A program made the position numbers and the translations under genes. Positions 38,909-51,654 of a stretch of 64,000 nucleotides of DNA are shown here, piece by piece; within the stretch, counting starts at the first letter, position 1; the number at the start of each line of letters is the position of its first letter. The notes under the pieces are model-generated. The model made no database searches. It was not told the DNA's origin and saw only the letters and a list, made by a program, of their open reading frames with translations. Source of the stretch: Antedon mediterranea (taxonomy: Eukaryota > Animalia > Echinodermata); assembly GCF_964355755.1 (NCBI RefSeq), contig NC_092680.1, positions 17,493,045-17,557,044 on the forward strand, in the 5' to 3' direction.

Positions 38909-39142
38909 TGAAAAAGATAAAAGAATAATTTGTAATATTATTAATTTAATGTTTGTCCTATCCTATAAAGGGCCACCATAAGCTACAGTAACATTTTGTA
39001 TGTAGTGACAAATCTAAAGTAAAAAGTATTTCTATCAAACCAAACAATTTCTTTATACTTTGGTTTGTTTTAGTGTTAACTGTTATTGCTTATTCTGATT
39101 AATTAATATTAATAATAATATTTTTGTTTCTCTTCTTCAGGA

Positions 39143-42100
39143 ATGTTGTCATTGATATACAGAACTGCTATACACAAGGGAAATACCCTTAATAAGTATG
39201 CTCCACTTACTACCAGCCTCTTGTCTTACATCCCTTGTATGTGCCACTGTCACAGAGGTATAATATTTCAAAAAATATTTAAATATTTATTTACCATATT
39301 TTAAGAATTTGTTTATAAATTTAATTTTTTTTATCACACCTTCTAACAGCACATTCTGACATTGAAGCGCTTGGGCCATTGCCAAGTAAAAAGGATGTCA
39401 CATAGTATTGTGACGTCAGAACTGTTATACTCTTTAAGAATCCTGGAATTTAGAGAATTTGAACCAAGAATCGTGGAATTGGTACCAAGCATGTCAACCA
39501 CCAAGGCACAATTTGATATAATTATATCATCATCATTAAAGAAGAAAGAGATTGCCACATTAAGATGTTACAAATGTAATTTTGTACATTTGATCATTTA
39601 AATATAAATTTGTTTTTTTCCAGAGAGAAGGCACTTATCATTAAAGAGTAGCGATGCTAAAGATATTCGTAATATAGGTATCATGGCACATATTGATGCA
39701 GGCAAAACAACCACAACAGAAAGAATATTATTCTATTCGGGACAGATCAAACACCTCGGTGGTAAGTGTTTATGGATGGTATGTCAGGATTTGCTATTTT
39801 TAACAAAGTGATAACCATAAACGAATTAATTCAATATCCTTCTTAAATGTGGCAATCCTGTTCACAAGACAAACATACACACAAGATGCTCTACATAAAC
39901 AAAGTCTTGCTACAAGTTTTTGGAGTGGAGTTGTTTTTTTTTTGCCAAGAGAAATATCCTGAAATATGACAGGACTTGAACGCAGGATCTTTGGATTGGT
40001 ATTAAGTATCTTTAACCACCAATCAAAAAGAAGGTGCTTACTAGTTTATCAACTGGTATACTGTACACTAACAAAACAAACCTAGTAGCCTATACTAGTA
40101 GTCTTTTGTTTTTACATTCTAGTAAAGTGGCTTTTCTTGCTTTACTGACGTCTGCTACTTATCTTTTACTAGATGTTGATGATGGGGATACTGTGACGGA
40201 TTATTTACCACAGGAGAGAGACCGTGGAATCACTATTACATCAGCTGCTGTTACCTACCATTGGAAAGATTACAGAATAAATCTTATTGATACTCCAGGT
40301 ATAAATATGGGGATCTCTGGTGGTTTTTATATTAAATTGCCCAACACAATTCACAATGAACCGATACCGAATAACCAATACAGAACCAATGACTAATGTT
40401 GTTGAAAAACACAGATGGAATACGCTTGGTCACATTTTAAGGCTTGATGAAAATTCTTTTGCATTTGGCAGCTCAAATTATTTTCGGAACGCCACGGAAG
40501 ACACCACATTTGTCTTTTCAAAACTTTAAGTAACGACTTATCTAGTGGCCTTATTACAAATGATTTTGATAAACAGAGAGAAAATGCAGAAAATCGTGCA
40601 CAATGGTCAAATTTATTTTAAGTATGAACATGTAGAATTATTACTGTACAATTTGTTTATGCAAGAAATGTTACATTTATTTCATACATGGATTTCTTAC
40701 CAGAAATTGAGAGTTAATTCTTTTTAACTTTTAATGGATCACGTCAACATTCTACTCATTTGCATAACAGCGTAGGTCCAGCCAACAGTTGGGCAACATA
40801 CTTGATCTTTTTGATTTCGCTTCAATGGTGTAGAATACAACGCATGTATCTTGCATGCAACATACGCCACTTGTATAAAAACAAATCATGGAATACCTTC
40901 GCTCTGGTGCTAGTACCAGGTGCTTAGCTGAGCTTGTTTGATCATGCATATTGGGTGATAAATAGGATATTGTGATGAACAATATGTCAATTTGTTTGGC
41001 TTAATTAAAAACACCTTTAATTTGCCATTTGTTTCCTAATCATTTGCAGAAATTTAATGATTCTTCCATGTTTCGATACCCTACGGTTAATGGTTTTCAT
41101 TGACGCTATTTTTCAGAAATAAGATTTTGACGTATGTAAGTAAGTTTTTCGTCATGCTTGCGCATGCGCAGATTTATTTACAAAGAGGGCGGAGCTTGCG
41201 CGTTGCATGTTGGAAAATAGCGTTAAAGTTAACATTTATGTGCTCCTGCGAAAATGCCCTAATGGCAACAAATATAGTGCAGATTAAGATTGTGACGGTG
41301 GTTACAGTGTTAAGGATGATCTAATGATTTTATATAACTTTTTTAGGTCATGTTGATTTTACTGTTGAGGTTGAGAGATGTCTACGGGTGCTAGATGGAG
41401 CGGTTGCAGTTTTTGATGCCTCTGCAGGAGTTGAGGTAATAATTAAAGAAATAATAATAAGTTGGTCTTAAATAGCGCATAATGTACAAACACTCTAAGC
41501 GCTTCATATTATTACCCTAATGTTTTGAAACATACTCCCATAATGTTGTAGCCGTAATCAGCGCAGTTGTGTTTTTACAAATTTTGTACACCTCGGTTGA
41601 GAGAATCAAACATAAGTAAAGTGTCTTGCCTAAGGATACAAGCAATGCGATGAACTTTGAATTCAAACTCACAATCTCACGATCCAACACCCTTACATAT
41701 TGTCTTCCTTTTATTTCTAAGGCTCACAACAGTTATATTCTTTTTTATTGCTAGGCTCAGACACTGACAGTTTGGAGACAGGCTAACAATTATCAGATAC
41801 CTAGGATAGCTTTTCTAAACAAAATGGACAAACATAATGCTGATTTTGAATTCTCAATTCAATCTATAAAAGAAAAGCTACAAGTTAAACCACTAATTTT
41901 ACAGGTACAGTATTGTTTTTTTTAAGAGAGTGAAGGTTAGGGTAACTCATTTTTTTATATAACCTCATAATTTACATTATTAAAGTGATGAAAAAATTAC
42001 TTTTATAGTTACCATTGGGGAAATATACAAGTTTTGAGGGTGTTATAGACGTTGTTACTATGGAAACTGTAACTTGGAATTTAAAAGATGATGGCAGAGC

Positions 42101-45100
42101 ATATGTACAGCAGCCTGTGGATAAAAATGATGCAGTTGCCTGGGAACAAGTAGTAGCAGCACGAACAGCTTTAGTTGAAGATGTAATAGTTTTTCTTGTT
42201 TTTTGTTATGTAAAAGCCGACCTGTAATGTCGTACTGAGCTGTCTTTTATTGTTATTTTCCTCATGATTCTATTCGAAAGTCAGATTCTCAACAACTCTA
42301 AAAGTTATGTTATTATTATAAGATCATCTCTTGGCATACCATTGAGTTGTGGCCAAGCCGTTTAAAACAGAAGCACTGCATATCACCGTCATAATAAGCA
42401 CCGATTCAAGACATAGCTCTGGTGATAGAACATAGTTTTCTCGAATAAGAAAAATTAGAGGTTCAGTGAACACAATTGGTTTGTGTGCACTTAAAAGAAC
42501 ACAGTGCATCTTTTATAGAGATTTAGGGGATTATCCCAAAGCTCTGGTTCATTTCACCCCCATTTGTTAATCACTTTGTGATTGAGCTTACATCCCTACC
42601 AGTTACTATTACTTTGTTAGGGAAAGTCATAAGAGTGGCCCTATGTCCCAATGGGATGAACAAGTTATACATGCTGGCAAATCATCCTTGAGTTAACACT
42701 AAAATGGATATTTTACTAACAAGCATAATTACAAAATTTATTTACAGCTTGTAGAATTGGATGAAGAATTTGGTGATAAAGTTTTGGAAACCGATTCATT
42801 TGATCCTCTTCAAATTGAAGCTGATGAGGTTGGTATTTTGGTGTTTCAATCAATCATTCAATTACAATGAATCATTTTTTTTTTACCATCTTTAATCAGG
42901 GTGATCCATCCAGCAATTTCTGATCATTATTGACCCTCAGAGGTTCACAAGACAATATTACACAAGATGCTCTACATAAACAAAGTCTTATTACAAGTCT
43001 TTGGGAGTGGAGTTGTAATTTTGTCCTTTAGAAAAAATCCTGATATGTTACGGGACTTGATCAATCTATTTTATTTGATTTCATTTATAATCCAATCAAT
43101 GAGTTGTTATCTAATCAAGTCTAAAGCTCTGTCTAAACTATCAAACTATAGTTTGACAAAAATGTGTGATACATGCTCAAATATGGTAGTGATATGCTCA
43201 AATATGGTAGTGATATGCTCAAATATGGTAGTGATATGCTCAAATATGGTAGTGATATGCTCAAATGTGGTAGTGATATGCTCAAATATGGCAGTGATAT
43301 GCTCAAATATGGTAGTGATATGACATCATCATGTCCATATGGGCACATCACATTTTTTGTCACATAAAGTTTGATTAGTGTGGACAGAGCTTAAAAGTGG
43401 AATTGTGGCCTAGTGAAAAGTTGAAATAATATTCAACAGAAAAATATGTACGGCATTGAATTTTCTTGCGTGAAGAGTAATACATTCAGTTATTTATTAT
43501 ATAGAAATATGTTTTATTTTATTTATTCGACTTCTCACTAACACAGTTAGTGAAGGATCTGGACCAACAGGTGGTAAACACCTCTAAAACGGTCCAGTCC
43601 CAATTTGCAAAGTGGCTGTGTGTGACAGTGGCTGTGTTTGTGTGGACTAGTACACCGGGGTAACCCCCTACTCGTCTCGAAAGATGTACTAGGTTCTTTA
43701 AAGTGCGCATGAGCTATGTGTACACTGGACCTACGGTTTATAGTCCTTATCCGAGAAGACTCGTTCTACCACCAGAACCATGGAGCGAGTGAGCCTCGAA
43801 CCCTTGCCGATGTTATGGCTACGTAATTACGGTTCCACTGTCTTAACCGCTCGGCCACTCACTCGCTCTTCCACTGTCTTAACCGCTCGGCCACTCACTC
43901 GCTCTTCCACTGTCTTAACCGCTCGGCCACTCACTCGCTGTGGTTGATTTTATATGTGTTTGTAAATTGATTTTGCAAGTTGTATGCCGGGCCCTCTACT
44001 CTGGGAGAACAGTTTTGTATTGAAGTGGTCAAAAGAATAAATACATTTATTTAATGATGTTGAAAGACTTGATTTTGAATTTTGAATATGTAATTCTTTT
44101 TATAGTTAAAAGCTGTAATTCGTAGAGTGACATTAGGTCAAGGTGCAGTACCGGTGTTATGTGGGAGCTCACTTAAGAACAAAGGTGTTCAATTGTTAAT
44201 GGATGCAGTAATAGACTACCTACCATCACCTCAACAATGCAATCAAGAATTAGTGTACGTTTATATACTATAAATTATATTTAATTGTAAGGCGCCTCTG
44301 TGTATTAAAATATACTTAATAAAAAAAAAAAGATAAAAAAAAGTTATTTTTATTTATATCATTTATAAAATAATATTGAATGTTATACTCTTAAAAACAA
44401 AATAAAGCCGTTTCGCAGAGAAAAAATCACACTACCCTTTCTACTACAATGCGAATGTTCATTGCGTGTCTGCTGAGCTTTTTCGATTTGCATGAATTCG
44501 TCATAGCTCATTTCCTGAGCTCCAATTGATTGCCCAATTTTCGCTTCGCAAAAAGTAGAAACAATTTGAACTATCAATTTTACTAAAGCGAAAACTTTGT
44601 CGGACACTGTGATTTAAAAGATGGAAACATGAATGTGTATAAGCTGCCACTTTCGATTCACACAAACAATAGCCTAGTGGAAAATCGGCTTATGGATATG
44701 TTGTCCTCATAGGCAGATCAGAATCTAAATTGTGAAGAATACAGCACAACAAATAGAACTCCAGCTTTTAATTTTTATATTTTTTTTGCAATTCGTGGCC
44801 CCTACACATCTTCGTCCCTACTTTAAAATCCTGAATTTGTCACCCTACTTTAAATATGCATATTTGAACTTCCAGATGGAATTCTGATTGTCTTGTGTGT
44901 GTAACATATCAATATCATATAATATTGTTATTCTCTAAATACCAACTTTTTAAATTTTTTTTCAGAGAATCATTTGATGGCGAATTGTGTGCATATGCTT
45001 TTAAGATTGTCCATGACAAACATCGAGGCCCTCTTGTGTTTCTGCGAATCTACTCCGGGGAACTCAAACCTCAGTCAGCTTTATATAATTTAAATAGAGG

Positions 45101-48100
45101 AACAGTGTAAGAATCGCTTTATAATTAAGTTGTTTTTAAAAAATACAATAAAGTATGTAAAGTACTATATTTAACTTGAGTGAAGATGAAAATTTGGCTT
45201 ATAAATGTTGCAAGCAGTGTCTCACTCTCTTTAGTCAGGTGGTGCAAATCTTGTTGCGGTGGTATAAATATCACGCCAACATTCTCTGTCCACAGTTAAT
45301 GCTTCTACCATCCTTGTCCATCTATTCTTTATGTCATTTGCCCGTGTTGTTGTTGGTATTCCTCATTGTCCATCCACTGACCCCTATATTATTTCTATAT
45401 CAAACCTCCTTGACAAATGGCATGGCTGAAGAATCGCATAATTCTAACTGCCATCTGCTGTCGTAGCATCATTGCAGTCTTTGTGGTGTCTAGTACCCAG
45501 TGATTTGTCTTCCTTGCAGTCCAGGGAACTCGGAGGACTCTTCTATCTACCTACATCTCACAAGGCATCAATCTTTTTTGCGGAGATTTAGTCAAAGCCC
45601 ATGACTCGCATTCATATAAACATTTTTAAAGTTGAAAATTGTTTGTCTCGTAATGCTATTTAGATAAACCACTAAAATAGAATAAATTTTCTCCGTTTTT
45701 TTTCCCTAGAGAGAGAATAAGCCGATTATTAGAGGTATTTGCCGATGAGCATAGGGAAGTTCACAATATGACCTCTGGTAATATTGCTGTTGCTGTTGGC
45801 ATGAAACAGGTTTGATGCATTATTTATTACAGCTATAGGAGGTTGAAATCCATATAATTTTGCCTTGGCTACTCTTAGACTTAAATGAATTTCACACACT
45901 TAAACATAACCTTTGTGGAACCTACGCACTGATATATGATGATAATTAAGATTTATATAGCGCCATATCCGAAATAGCGCTCATGGCACTGTGGACTAAT
46001 AAGATGTTAACCTTTTCACTAACATTCTTCTCCCCTAAGGGTCACGTCATGTCACCAGCTGCCAACTAAAGTGCCATTACTTCTGTCCACGACAGTGGCT
46101 GTGTGAGCTAGCACACTGGGGTAACCCTTTATTTAGCCATTCGACTTGCTTAAGATAAATTGATTGATGTTGTAACACATATCAAAGCCATAGAACCAAT
46201 ATTACTACCTAACCTTTTTTTGGCAACTAATCCTATATTTTTCTTTCTTTAGACAATAACAGGGGACACATTGGTTTCCTCAAAATCAAATCTAGCGAAA
46301 ATCTCAAAGGATACTAAAATACAGTCAAACAGAAAGAGTAAGAAACATTTAGGCCAAGATGTTAAAGACAAAACAGAAAGGCAATTAGAACTTCTACCAG
46401 GCTTAGACATCCCTCAGCCTGTGTTTTTCTGTACTATAGAGGCTCCATCAATGGCTTATCAAGATGGTAAGCTTACATTCACTACCTTTATAACAAAAGA
46501 TTTATGTGATTTCTTTTTAGTTTTTATTTCAACATTGCACAAAATTGATGTGTCCATCCCATAGAGATAATATAAGCCGAAGGCTAGAGAGCGTACTCCT
46601 GGCTAGAAAGCGTACTCCTGACTAGAAAGTGATTTTTTATTGACATAATCTTATTTTGCTAATCAAATATTTATTACACCATCTTCATATTAAATTCCTA
46701 GCTCTTGATAACGCATTGGAATGTATACAAAGAGAAGACCCCAGTTTGCAAGTAAAAACGGATGAGGAAACTGGGCAAGTTAGTATCCCAAGTAGTTGGT
46801 ATGCCTAGTAGTTAGTATCCCAAGTAGTTGGTATGCCTAGTAGTTGGTATGCCTAGTAGTTGGTATGCCTAGTAGTTGGTATGCCTAGTAGTTGGTATGC
46901 CTAGTAGTTGGTATGCCTAGTAGTTGGTATGCCAAGTAGTTAGTATCCCAAGTAGTTGGTATGCCTAGTAGTTGGTATGCCTAGTAGTTGGTATCCCAAG
47001 TAGTTGGTATCCCAAGTAGTTGGTATGCCTAGTAGTTAGTATCCCAAGTAGTTGGTATCCCAAGTAGTTGGTATCCCAAGTAGTTGGTATGCCTAGTAGT
47101 TAGTATCCCAAGTAGTTGGTATGCCTAGTAGTTGATATGCCTAGTAGTTGGTATGCCTAGTAGTTGGTATGCCTAGTAGTTGGTATGCCTAGTAGTTAGT
47201 ATCCCAAGTAGTTGGTATGCCTAGTAGTTGGTATGCCTAGTAGTTGGTATCCCAAGTAGTTAGTATCCCAAGTAGTTGGTATGCCTAGTAGTTGGTATCC
47301 CAAGTAGTTGGTATGCCTAGTAGTTGGTATGCCTAGTAGTTGGTATGCCTAGTTGTTAGTATCCCAAGTAGTTGGTATGCCTAGTAGTTAGTATCCCAAG
47401 TAGTTGGTATGCCTAGTAGTTGGTATGCCTAGTTGTTAGTATCCCAAGTAGTTGGTATGCCTAGTAGTTAGTATCCCAAGTAGTTAGTATCCCAAGTAGT
47501 TGGTATGCCTAGTTGTTAGTATCCCAAGTAGTTGGTATGCCTAGTAGTTAGTATCCCAAGTAGTTGGTATGCCTAGTAGTTAGTATCCCAAGTAGTTGGT
47601 ATGCCTAGTAGTTAGTATCCCAAGTAGTTGGTATGCCTAGTTGTTAGTATCCCAAGTAGTTGGTATGCCTAGTAGTTAGTATCCCAAGTAGTTGGTATGC
47701 CTAGTAGTTAGTATCCCAAGTAGTTGGTATGCCTAGTAGTTAGTATCCCAAGTAGTACTAATATATGCATTAGATTAAAAATTGTTGTTGGTCACATGTT
47801 AATGAAGTCTCCCGATATTCTTTCTTCATGTTAATTATTATTGTTATTATTTATTCAAGCAAAAGATAAATTTTACAAAATATAATACAAATCACAACAC
47901 AAGGAATAAATATTAAATCATAGTCACTACACTAGCTGCCAGGAAAGCACAAACGCAGCCAAAGCCATTGTCACCAATTTAAGTGTGTACCTCTGTTGGT
48001 CTCAACAAGATTTGTTGAGGATAAGCAAAGATTCTTTGACTATTAACAAAATGCTGAAGGTTGAAATATGGTTGAAAGTCACTCTTTACGTAAAAAGACT

Positions 48101-51100
48101 AAAATTTATTTTTGTTATCATGCAGACAGTTTTATCAGGAATGGGTGAACTGCACCTTGAGATAATACATGACAGAATCAAGAAAGAATACAAGATTGAT
48201 GCTGATCTAGGACCACTACAAATATCATACAGGGAGATGATAACAGAAGAGGTGTCAGAGCAGTGTAAGTACCATATCATTAACTATGTTCTCTAGCCAG
48301 AAATGATCACATTGTTGTCTGTGAGCACTGGTTGGATCTCATTATGATAATCGCACTTCACATGATCCTTTAGATGACGACGGTTTCTGACATTTGGAAA
48401 CAGTATTGCATTAATGGTAGCTGATTCACGATTTTGAAATAAGGTAGATCCAGAGTCTAAAAATAGTTTTAAAATGAAGTTCTGAACTTATATAGCACAC
48501 AACTAAACAAGTATGTATTGCAAATAAAAAAAATGTAAACATCTATAAACTTTGAAAAATTACAATGTTAAATAAGATGGGTATAATAAAATATAATACT
48601 ATATTAAAATTAAGTTTTCTGCACTGCTCTTCAATTGATTATTTTTATCATTTTATAGGTAAATATCTAGTTTATTTTAACCTAGCATGCTTAGCTTGTA
48701 GCTTCTGCTTTGTAATTAATGTTTATTTTATATTTACCACAATAAATATTTTTAATGTGGTTACCACTGCATTGTTAAACAGCAGTGGAGTGTTCACAGA
48801 ATTTTACAATGATCATGATCCCAAATTACTATTTTTTATTACAATTAAATGTGCCTGTCAATGTATTTTTGTCCTTTTTTAGCAACTTTAGAAACAACTA
48901 TTGGTGAACAATTTCACATGGCTAATATAGGAATGAAGGTGATACCTACCTTCGAACTTTCTGTACCTGATTCAGTGGTTTTTCCAGAAGAAAATGACGA
49001 ATTTGTCTATGATCAGGATGCCATGGATGCTGTGGAGAATGGAGCGTTATCAGCATTATCAGCAGGTTAGAACAAACCCTTTTTTTTCTTAAGTATTATT
49101 TTCTCAACTAGGCCTAGCGACTAGTATCAGTGCCTAGGCTTAGCTCATTTTTGTGGCCATCATGCCTAGCCATCAGGCAAATTTCATCTACTACGGTAAG
49201 TGGGAATTAATTTCAATTGCGTTTTGTTTTACCCTGTAAATCATACACTGCGATGATAAGCACAAACAAATTCGTATTTGTTGCCTTTCTGTAACAATCT
49301 CAGCTACAAAACTTTAGCCAAGTTATTATCTTTCAATAGTATGGTAGAACTTGTGTTCTTTAAACTGATAAATACAGTGTCATGATAGTTTTGATTAATT
49401 TTAGGTGTGAAATGGATACTGTATTTGGTAAAACTTGTGTAGTAATTTGTATGTCTAGCGTCTGGAAATCTTTATGCAGAGGTTGACATTATTGAGCTAA
49501 CTGAGGATGCGGATGCTTTGATTAAAAACATTGGGTATAAAGTTGGTGAGGCATTTGCATCTTAATAAAAACATTAATATACAAGTTTTTGTCTTGCTAG
49601 GTCCACGGATCAGTGCACAAGTACTAGGTGTTGAGGTAGTCCTTGAGAGCTTACATGTTGCTGCTGGTACTTCTCTTGCAATAGTATCAGCTTGTGCAGC
49701 AAAGTGTATCCAATCGTGTTTGCAATCTTCGGAATCTGAAGTTTTAGAACCAATGATGAATGTCGAGGTAAAATATCGTGTATAAAGCTCTGTCTATACT
49801 ATCAAACTAGTTTCACAAAAAAAGTGTGATATGACCAAATATGGTAGTGATATGACCAAATATGGTAGTGATATGACCAAATATGGTAGTGATATGACCA
49901 AATTTGGTAGTGATATAACATCATCATTTCATATAATGAGCACATTACATTTTTTTGTCACATAAAGTTTGATAGTATATAGACAGAGCTTTAAATGGAT
50001 AAATCAGTGCTTTAGTCTTCATATAGTCTCACTAAAAGTTTGATATTCCACTTCACAAAGCAGACACAAATCCCTTGTCTGATCTGAAGTCATCTGATGC
50101 TGATGATCATATAGAGTGCAGTCTACTGTAAATCTCAATTTTCTCGTTTTAAGTTCAAAATAATGATTTTAGTATGGTATTTCTAGATATGAATAGTAGG
50201 GAAAACATTTTAAAATAGTGATTTAGTTAGTCCAGGTGACTTAATTGATTTAAAGTGATTTTGCCGCAAGTTTAGTTTTAGTTGAATAATATGTTGCAAA
50301 CTTATTTTTAAGGTTACCACAGATCAAGACCGACTAGGAGCAGTTTTAGGTGACCTTTCAAAAAGACGAGGTCATATTATTGACATTGAGAATCGGTTAG
50401 ACTGTAAGGTTGTTGTAGCTAGAACTCCATTGGCCGAGATGCTTGTACGTTTGTCATTTTTAACTTGCTTGATTTCCTTTGATGAGTTCCCATAAAAGTG
50501 TAACTCTAAATTTCCTTTTTTATTGAAAAAAGTAAATATTTTTCCAGGTTCAGAGAAAGAGAGAGTTTTTTTTATTTTAGGAAGTCTTTTGATTGGAGGG
50601 AATCCTTTAATTGAAGGAAAGGTAGTCCTTAAATTGAAAGGAGTGCTTGAATTTAAGGAGTGCTTGAATTGAAGGGAGTGCTTAAATTGAAGGGAGTGCT
50701 TAAATTGAAGGAGTGCTTAAATTGAAGGGAGTGCTTAAATTGAAGGGAGTGCTTAAATTTAGATGGGGGGGGGGGTGTTCTTAAATTGAAGGGAGTGCTT
50801 AAATTGAAGGAGTGCTTAAATTGAAGGGAGTGCTTAAATTGAAGGGAGTGCTTAAATTTAGGGGGGGGGGGGGGTTCTTAAATTGAAGGGAGTGCTTAAA
50901 TTGAAGGGAGTTCTTACATTTAGTAGAATCCTTAAATTGAAGGGAGTGCTTAAATTGAAGAGAGTTCTTAAATTGAATATTATATAATTGGAAGGAGTCC
51001 CTTAATTAGAGGTAGCCTTTGAATTGGAGGTGGAGTGCTTAAATATAATTTGAGGTAGACCTATTTAAGTCTTTCTCTTTCTTTTCTAGGGTTATGCAAC

Positions 51101-51218
51101 ATCATTAAGGACAATTACATCTGGAACAGCAACATTTACATTAGAATTATCAAGCTATGAAAGGATGTCTCAATCTGAGAGAGATGCACTTGTAAAAAAA
51201 CTGCATTATTCTTACTGA
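39143..51218 (+). CDS. GFM2: Mitochondrial ribosome-releasing factor 2 (EF-G2mt), ~17 coding exons
   Basis: Presequence-like exon 39143-39257 spliced to [26 protein letters not shown]; [22 protein letters not shown]; [14 protein letters not shown]; NKMDK; [10 protein letters not shown]; PVFFCTIE; [10 protein letters not shown]; LEPMMNVEV; last exon [16 protein letters not shown]...*. The DDGDTVTD and PVFFCTIE signatures favour GFM2 over GFM1. Confidence 0.93.
41455..41700 (-). mobile_element. Degenerate CORE-type SINE in GFM2 intron
   Basis: AAATAGCGC...TAAGCGCTTC tail and AAAGTGTCTTGCCTAAGGATACA core-like motif. Confidence 0.5.
43125..43391. mobile_element. Harbinger-like MITE with internal 21-bp tandem repeat (copy 1)
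   Basis: TAA TSD; TIR AGCTCTGTC..ACTATCAAACT; internal AAATATGGTAGTGATATGCTC x~7. Confidence 0.85.
43590..43940 (-). mobile_element. tRNA-derived SINE with Deu/Nin-like central domain; 5' A-box segment triplicated
   Basis: Minus strand: GTGGCCGAGCGGTTAAGAC (A box, 36-bp unit x3), GGTTCGAGGC (B box), then CGGATAAGGACTATAAACCGTAGGTCC...TTAAAGAACC...GAGTAGGGG..ACCCCGGTGT. Confidence 0.75.
45210..45620 (-). mobile_element. RTE-clade LINE 3' fragment
   Basis: CESWALTK...[20 protein letters not shown]; another RTE-like piece ([11 protein letters not shown]) at ~40400-40460 on +. Confidence 0.75.
46779..47756. repeat. 16-bp minisatellite (AGTAGTTGGTATGCCT / AGTAGTTAGTATCCCA), ~60 units
   Basis: Direct reading; starts at a GFM2 splice donor. 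Confidence 0.97.
49786..49990. mobile_element. Harbinger-like MITE with internal 21-bp repeat (copy 2)
   Basis: Same TIRs as 43125-43391; ~4 internal units; TAA/TTA flanks. Confidence 0.85.
50628..50980. repeat. 18/19-bp tandem repeat (CTTAAATTGAAGGGAGTG) with G-runs
   Basis: Direct reading; last GFM2 intron. Confidence 0.9.
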
Positions 51219-51654
51219 TGCTGTTAATTTATTGTGCAATATTATACAAATAATGAACATCAGTATTCGTTTTATATATCATCTAAATAAATCATTTGAA
51301 TCAGATTGAATAAATGGTAGGCCTACGGTTGATTCACATTGAAACAGTGACATTTTTTTAATCTCAAAAAAAACAAAACAGCTGGGCAAATAATTAGTCA
51401 TTTATTGCATTATTTTTACAAACATGGATTTCATAATAATTATGATACTTTCTCTGAGTTTTCATTGGTGAAATGTTGACTGATAAAGTTTTAATCATTA
51501 TTCAAAATTTCTTGTCCAGATCAATTAATTTACTATATGAATTTTGGGATTTGTTTTTTTTTCATCGGGACAGTTTTGGTAGTGTCCCCCAAATATAGGT
51601 TCTGTTGTATTTAATGCAACACTGTACACATAACCATTTTGTTTTATTAATTTA

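Noticed and set aside
39350-39601. Extra GFM2 coding exon (ORF 39362-39601)
   Set aside because: Exon 39143-39257 splices in frame directly to 39624; including this segment introduces a stop
46779-47756. AGTAGT repeats as a Polinton terminus
   Set aside because: Intronic minisatellite 20 kb from the pPolB region, with no matching inverted end
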